Origin: a virus
Lineage: Duplodnaviria > Caudoviricetes
Length of the DNA stretch: 50,096 nt
Reading direction: 5' to 3' (one strand)
IMG/VR virus record: IMGVR_UViG_3300046738_000023
Span: 1 to 50,096 of that record
In this document: positions 46,131 to 50,096 of the stretch, in pieces
Layout of the letters: each line of letters opens with the position of its first letter
Numbering within the stretch: the first letter of the stretch is position 1
Notes under the pieces: model-generated
What the model was told of the DNA's origin: nothing
Database searches by the model: none
The model's input: only the letters and a program-made list of their open reading frames with translations
Position numbers and translations under genes: made by a program

Positions 46131-47131
46131 TGCGCGCGCTCGAGTACGGAGCGCGGCAACTGGCACTAATGGGTCGCGGGCCCAAGCAGCGCCGCAAGCG
46201 TCCCGTGGTGCCCAAAGCACGGCCGGCGTCGGCGCCGCGCGTTGCGTACCTGCACGGGATCTTGCGAATGGTCGACGCGATGCATGCCCGCGTGCGGCGC
46301 GATCTTCTGCCGGCGTTGCGCCCCATCATCGCCGAGCACAACGCGCGCCGGCCTGACGCCATGCAGATGCGCATTGACGCCACCGGGAGCCGCACCGCCG
46401 AGGAGATCAAGCGCATTCGCGACGACCTCGAGCGCGAGATCCCCGAGCGCAGCATCGCGCTGCTGGCCGAGGCCAATGCCCTGCGCGTCGCCGAGCACAG
46501 CCGCAGAGAGCTCGACCGGCAGGTGCGCGCGGTCGTCAACATCGACGTGCACGCCGATCCGACAGTCCTTGCCGAGCACATCGAGGCATTCGTAGAGGAC
46601 AACGTCCGGCTGGTGAAGTCCCTGCTGACTGACGAGCTGGAGGATCTCAAAGGCATCGTTCTGCGCGGCGCGCGGGCCGGGCTCCGGTACGAGGAGATCG
46701 CCGAGGAGATCGCCGAAAAGTTCGGTGCCACCAAGCGCCGCGCCGCGCTGATCGCGAGCGACCAGGTCAGCTCGCTCAATGCCGAGCTCACCCGCATCCG
46801 GCAGCAGCAGGTGGGCATCGAGCAGTACACCTGGTCCACGGTCAAAGACCAGCGCGTGCGCAAGAGCCACCGCGTCATGGAGGGCAGCTCGCAGCGCTGG
46901 GACCACCCGCCCACCGTGGACGGCGTGCCCGCGCACCCTGGCCAGCCGATCAACTGCCGGTGCCAAGCGATCCCGGACGTCGACGCCGCGCTCCGCGAGG
47001 CAGGGCTACTCACCGGCACGACCGATCCCCCGCCCCCGCCAAGCACGCCACCACGCCGGCCATCGCTCGTGCCGCCCCCTGTCCCCGCCCAGCGCCGCAA
47101 GAAGCGCCGGGCGGTGACGAGCTCCGGGTGA
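46130..47131 (+). CDS. Head morphogenesis protein (Mu gpF / SPP1 gp7 family)
   Basis: RA.LIA.DQ, Y.W.T..D.RVR..H and PGQPINCRC motifs. Confidence 0.9.
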   Translation: MRALEYGARQLALMGRGPKQRRKRPVVPKARPASAPRVAYLHGILRMVDAMHARVRRDLLPALRPIIAEHNARRPDAMQMRIDATGSRTAEEIKRIRDDLEREIPERSIALLAEANALRVAEHSRRELDRQVRAVVNIDVHADPTVLAEHIEAFVEDNVRLVKSLLTDELEDLKGIVLRGARAGLRYEEIAEEIAEKFGATKRRAALIASDQVSSLNAELTRIRQQQVGIEQYTWSTVKDQRVRKSHRVMEGSSQRWDHPPTVDGVPAHPGQPINCRCQAIPDVDAALREAGLLTGTTDPPPPPSTPPRRPSLVPPPVPAQRRKKRRAVTSSG

Positions 47132-47306
47132 CGGGGCTCGCCCGAACTGGGATACCGCGGCGCGCGAGCACCGCTCGGATGCGCTTGCGAGCTAATCCGC
47201 GGACCTCTTCACCACGGATCACGCGAGCGACTGTTCTTGGATCCGAGCTCGACTCAACGGCGAGCTCGCGAAGTGTGCCTGCATCGAGGACCCATGGCGT
47301 TGTCAT
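47010..47306 (-). CDS. Small HTH protein antisense to the head operon
   Basis: LRELAVESSSDPRTVARVIRG; TTGAAT-N18-TACTTT-7 nt-ATG upstream. Confidence 0.6.
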   Translation of the reverse strand: MTTPWVLDAGTLRELAVESSSDPRTVARVIRGEEVRGLARKRIRAVLARRGIPVRASPVTRSSSPPGASCGAGRGQGAARAMAGVVACLAGAGDRSCR

Positions 47307-47350
47307 GGACCGCAAAGTAGCCGCGCGTCCTGCCTCGATTCAATGCGGTG

Positions 47351-47376
47351 GCGGTTAACTTTGCAAAGTTAACCGC
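47351..47376. repeat. Perfect 26-bp palindrome GCGGTTAACTTTGCAAAGTTAACCGC
   Basis: Seen directly. Confidence 0.9.
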
Positions 47377-47493
47377 TTGGCTATTGACTAGACGTAGCCG
47401 TGCCCAATGGTGCGCGCCGATGTCAAGCGACTACGCTCGATCGACACGCAAACTACTTGGGTGTCGTTGATCACCCACGTTCACCGGACCCAA

Positions 47494-47524
47494 ATAAACC
47501 CGAGTTTCCAGAACTCGGGTTTAT
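47494..47524. repeat. Inverted repeat ATAAACCCGAGTT-N5-AACTCGGGTTTAT (operator or terminator)
   Basis: 13-bp perfect arms. Confidence 0.85.
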
Positions 47525-47559
47525 CGGCCGCTCGGAAGGCGGCGGGCCGTGTGACGCGA

Positions 47560-47601
47560 CTAGGCTTGACACCCTGAAAAGCCCCGCATACCAGCGGCCG
47601 G
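47560..47601 (+). promoter_or_regulatory. Putative late promoter TTGACA-N17-TACCAG, leaderless
   Basis: Shares a 17-mer with 9327-9343 and CTAGGCTTGACA with 29109-29120; GTG 7 nt after the -10. Confidence 0.7.
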
Positions 47602-48801
47602 GTGCGCGTCAATCGGTACGACGTAGCTGAGATCGGCAGGCCCGTGCGGACCCCACAAGGGTTTTTGCGTGTGCCCGCTTTCCTCACCCGGGCCGGCGTC
47701 CTTGAGTACCGGCGCGCCGACGGGACCACCGTCCGCGAGCTGCGGCACCCGGACGAAGTGTTCCGGCCCGACTCGCTTGCTTCATTGTCGGCGGCGCCGC
47801 TCACCGATCTGCACCCCAAGGAGATGGTCAGCCCCAAGAACGTCCGCTCGCTGCGGGTGGGGCACGTCGGCGAGGCGGTGCGGCAGGACGGCCACCGCGT
47901 CGCGGCGAGCGTCACCGTCGAGGACGAGCAGACGATAGCGCTTGTCGAGCGCGGCGATCGACGCGAGATCAGCTGCGGCTATGCGTGCGCCGTTGACCCG
48001 ACACCGGGCCAATGGAACGGCGAGCACTACGACGCCGTGCAACGCGACATCGTCTACAACCACGCCGCGCTCGGGCCGCGCAACTGGGGCCGCGCCGGCA
48101 GCGAAGTCGCACTGCGTCTTGATTCGGGCGACGCGATGACCGCGTGCGCTTTCGGTGCACCGCCCGAGCGGCGGGACGACGGGCTGAGTGACCCGCCGGG
48201 AGGTGTCTCGACTATGACCACTATGAGCACGGAGCCGCAGTCAACGATTCGAGTCGATGGGCTCGACGTCCAGATGTCCAAGCAATGGGCGCAGGTCGTC
48301 GAGCTGGCGATCAGCAAGCGGGATGCTTCGCTGCTCGAGCGCACCAAAGAGCGCGACGCCGCGCAGGGCCGCCTCGATGCGCTCACCAAAGAGCACGACG
48401 AGCTCAAAAAGAAGCTCACGGCGGCCGAAGATCCGACGCGGCTGGACGCTGCGGTGTCCGCACGGGCCGCGCTGATCGAGCAAGCGCGCAAGGTGCTGCC
48501 CGTCGAGCACAAGTTCGATGGGCAAACCCCGCGCCAGGTGCACGAGGCCGTGCTCAAGAAGCTCGACGCCAAGCTCGACCTCGCGAGCAGGAGCGACGAG
48601 TACGTGGCAGCGCGCTTCGATCAGGTGGTAGAGAGCGCGCCCGCGCAACCGGTCGGGCGGAGCACGTCGCTAGACCGCTCACGGTCAGCCACCACGCAGT
48701 CAGCCCCCAGCACTCAACACGTCACCGCACGGCAGGATGCTGCCGCTGCCTATGTGCCCGAGTGGATGAAGCCGCTCGCGACGAGCAAGGACCGGCACTA
48801 A
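47602..48801 (+). CDS. Prohead protease/scaffold (DUF2213 family)
   Basis: TPQGFL, TDLHP, EISCGY and YNH.AL..GRAG..V.LRLD motifs; coiled-coil C-terminus. Confidence 0.88.
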   Translation: MRVNRYDVAEIGRPVRTPQGFLRVPAFLTRAGVLEYRRADGTTVRELRHPDEVFRPDSLASLSAAPLTDLHPKEMVSPKNVRSLRVGHVGEAVRQDGHRVAASVTVEDEQTIALVERGDRREISCGYACAVDPTPGQWNGEHYDAVQRDIVYNHAALGPRNWGRAGSEVALRLDSGDAMTACAFGAPPERRDDGLSDPPGGVSTMTTMSTEPQSTIRVDGLDVQMSKQWAQVVELAISKRDASLLERTKERDAAQGRLDALTKEHDELKKKLTAAEDPTRLDAAVSARAALIEQARKVLPVEHKFDGQTPRQVHEAVLKKLDAKLDLASRSDEYVAARFDQVVESAPAQPVGRSTSLDRSRSATTQSAPSTQHVTARQDAAAAYVPEWMKPLATSKDRH

Positions 48802-49286
48802 TGCAACTCTCCTACGATTACACGCAGCCGGTGGCGGTTCTCGGATTAGTCACCGAGGACTTCACCAAATACACCGACACCGTGATCCCACAGACCGCGG
48901 TCAAAGTTGGCAAGCTTCTCACCGCCGACAAGACCGCCGGCAAGGTTCGCAACGCAGCCAAGCTGCCTGCCGCCGCCGGGGACGTCATCAAGCCCGGTGC
49001 GATGGGCATCACGTTTCTCGACGCCACCCGCGAAGGCGGCAGTGACTTTCCGGCGTTGCGCCCGCTCGGCGTCATCCGGCGAGGCCGGCTCTGGGTTCTG
49101 GCAGAAAGCGCCGTCGCTCGCTGGACTCACCCGTTCGTGCGGTTCGCCGCCGGCGCGGGCGGTACGGAGCTAGGCAGCTTTCGTGGAGACGTGGACACGG
49201 CCTCTGCCGCGCAAGTCCCGCAAGCGATCTTCCTCACCGACGCCGCCGCCGGCGAGCTCGTCCTGGTCGAGATCGACCTGTTCTAG
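48801..49286 (+). CDS. Head decoration / cement protein
   Basis: Between protease and capsid genes; V.RRGR.WV motif. Confidence 0.75.
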   Translation: MQLSYDYTQPVAVLGLVTEDFTKYTDTVIPQTAVKVGKLLTADKTAGKVRNAAKLPAAAGDVIKPGAMGITFLDATREGGSDFPALRPLGVIRRGRLWVLAESAVARWTHPFVRFAAGAGGTELGSFRGDVDTASAAQVPQAIFLTDAAAGELVLVEIDLF

Positions 49287-49303
49287 GCGCGAAGGAGACC
49301 ACC

Positions 49304-50096
49304 ATGCTCGTGCAAAACCAAACACTGTCGCCCCTCAGCCGAGACCAGATCGCGGGCGAGCTCAGCCGGCTTTCGAGCGAGCGCCTCGACGCCGCCGAAG
49401 TCGACCGCATTTACAACGCGATGATCGTGCATCGCGCCGAGCTCTACGGCGCCGATCGTCTCGACGCCAACGAGACCATGATCCTGCAAAACCAGCTCGA
49501 GCAGATGCGCGCGCGCTCTGTTGACGTGCAGCGCCCCGAGTTCAAGGCGCGCAGGCTCGTGCCCGTCACGAGCGAGATCGACCCGGGCGCCGAGTCCTGG
49601 GCGTACTCGGTTTGGGATCGCGCCGGCATGGCCAAGATCGTCGCGAACTACGCCGATGACATTCCGAAGGTCGCGACGTTCGCCAGGAAGTACACCCACA
49701 CCATCGAGAGCATCGCGCTCGGGTATGAGTGGAGCTGGCTGGATCTCCTCCGCACGGCTCGCGCCGGTGTGCCGCTCCGGGCCCGCAAGGCCGACGCGGT
49801 GCGCACGGGCTTCGAGCAGAAGATCGAAGAGATCGCCGCCCTCGGCATCAAAGAAACGGGCGTCACCGGCCTGCTCAACAATACCAACGTACCGCAAATC
49901 AACGCGGCCCCGCCGGCCACAGGCACTTCGGCCGCATGGGCCGGTGGCGACAAGACGGCGTCCGAAGTCCTCGCCGACCTGCTCGCCATGGAGGACGCGG
50001 TGATCAGCACCACCAAGGGCGTGCTCAGCCCCGACACGCTGGTGCTGCCGCTGGCTCAGTATCGCTACATCAGCCGGACGCCGCTCTACACCGTCG
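49304..50096 (+). CDS. Major capsid protein, N-terminal part (DUF2184-type)
   Basis: AAGGAG SD; G.AKIVANYADDIP.V, G..GLLN..NV and PDTLVLP motifs; runs off the window end. Confidence 0.9.
   Translation, partial: MLVQNQTLSPLSRDQIAGELSRLSSERLDAAEVDRIYNAMIVHRAELYGADRLDANETMILQNQLEQMRARSVDVQRPEFKARRLVPVTSEIDPGAESWAYSVWDRAGMAKIVANYADDIPKVATFARKYTHTIESIALGYEWSWLDLLRTARAGVPLRARKADAVRTGFEQKIEEIAALGIKETGVTGLLNNTNVPQINAAPPATGTSAAWAGGDKTASEVLADLLAMEDAVISTTKGVLSPDTLVLPLAQYRYISRTPLYTV

Overview
The window is very probably a complete, circularly permuted genome (~50.1 kb, high GC) of a temperate contractile-tailed phage. The major capsid gene is split across the two ends and rejoins in frame if the last base overlaps base 1. 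The modules are: (i) 42.5-50.1 kb and 0-16 kb, packaging, head, neck, DUF3383-type sheath/tube, tape measure, baseplate and fibres on +; (ii) 16-19.4 kb, an accessory island with candidate membrane anti-phage genes; (iii) 19.4-28.1 kb, a leftward early operon with recombination genes and a tyrosine integrase that carries attP (3' half of tRNA-Arg CCT) inside its own coding sequence, as in myxophage Mx8; (iv) 28.1-29.4 kb, a cI/cro switch with CTAG-core operator-like sites; (v) 29.4-42.5 kb, a rightward operon with ParB-MT-A70 methylase, nuclease, initiator with palindromic iterons, DnaB and RuvC-like genes. The most unusual observations are a non-canonical CAU tRNA-like gene in a cluster of structured RNA, a translationally coupled N-terminal-only DUF1156 methylase, a chromosomal-type parS site near the putative origin, a stand-alone paralogue of the repressor C-terminal domain, recurrent leaderless promoters, and a polysaccharide-lyase-like lipoprotein where no endolysin is recognisable. 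A Myxococcota host is an inference only. All family calls come from motif recognition and synteny by eye; no searches were run.
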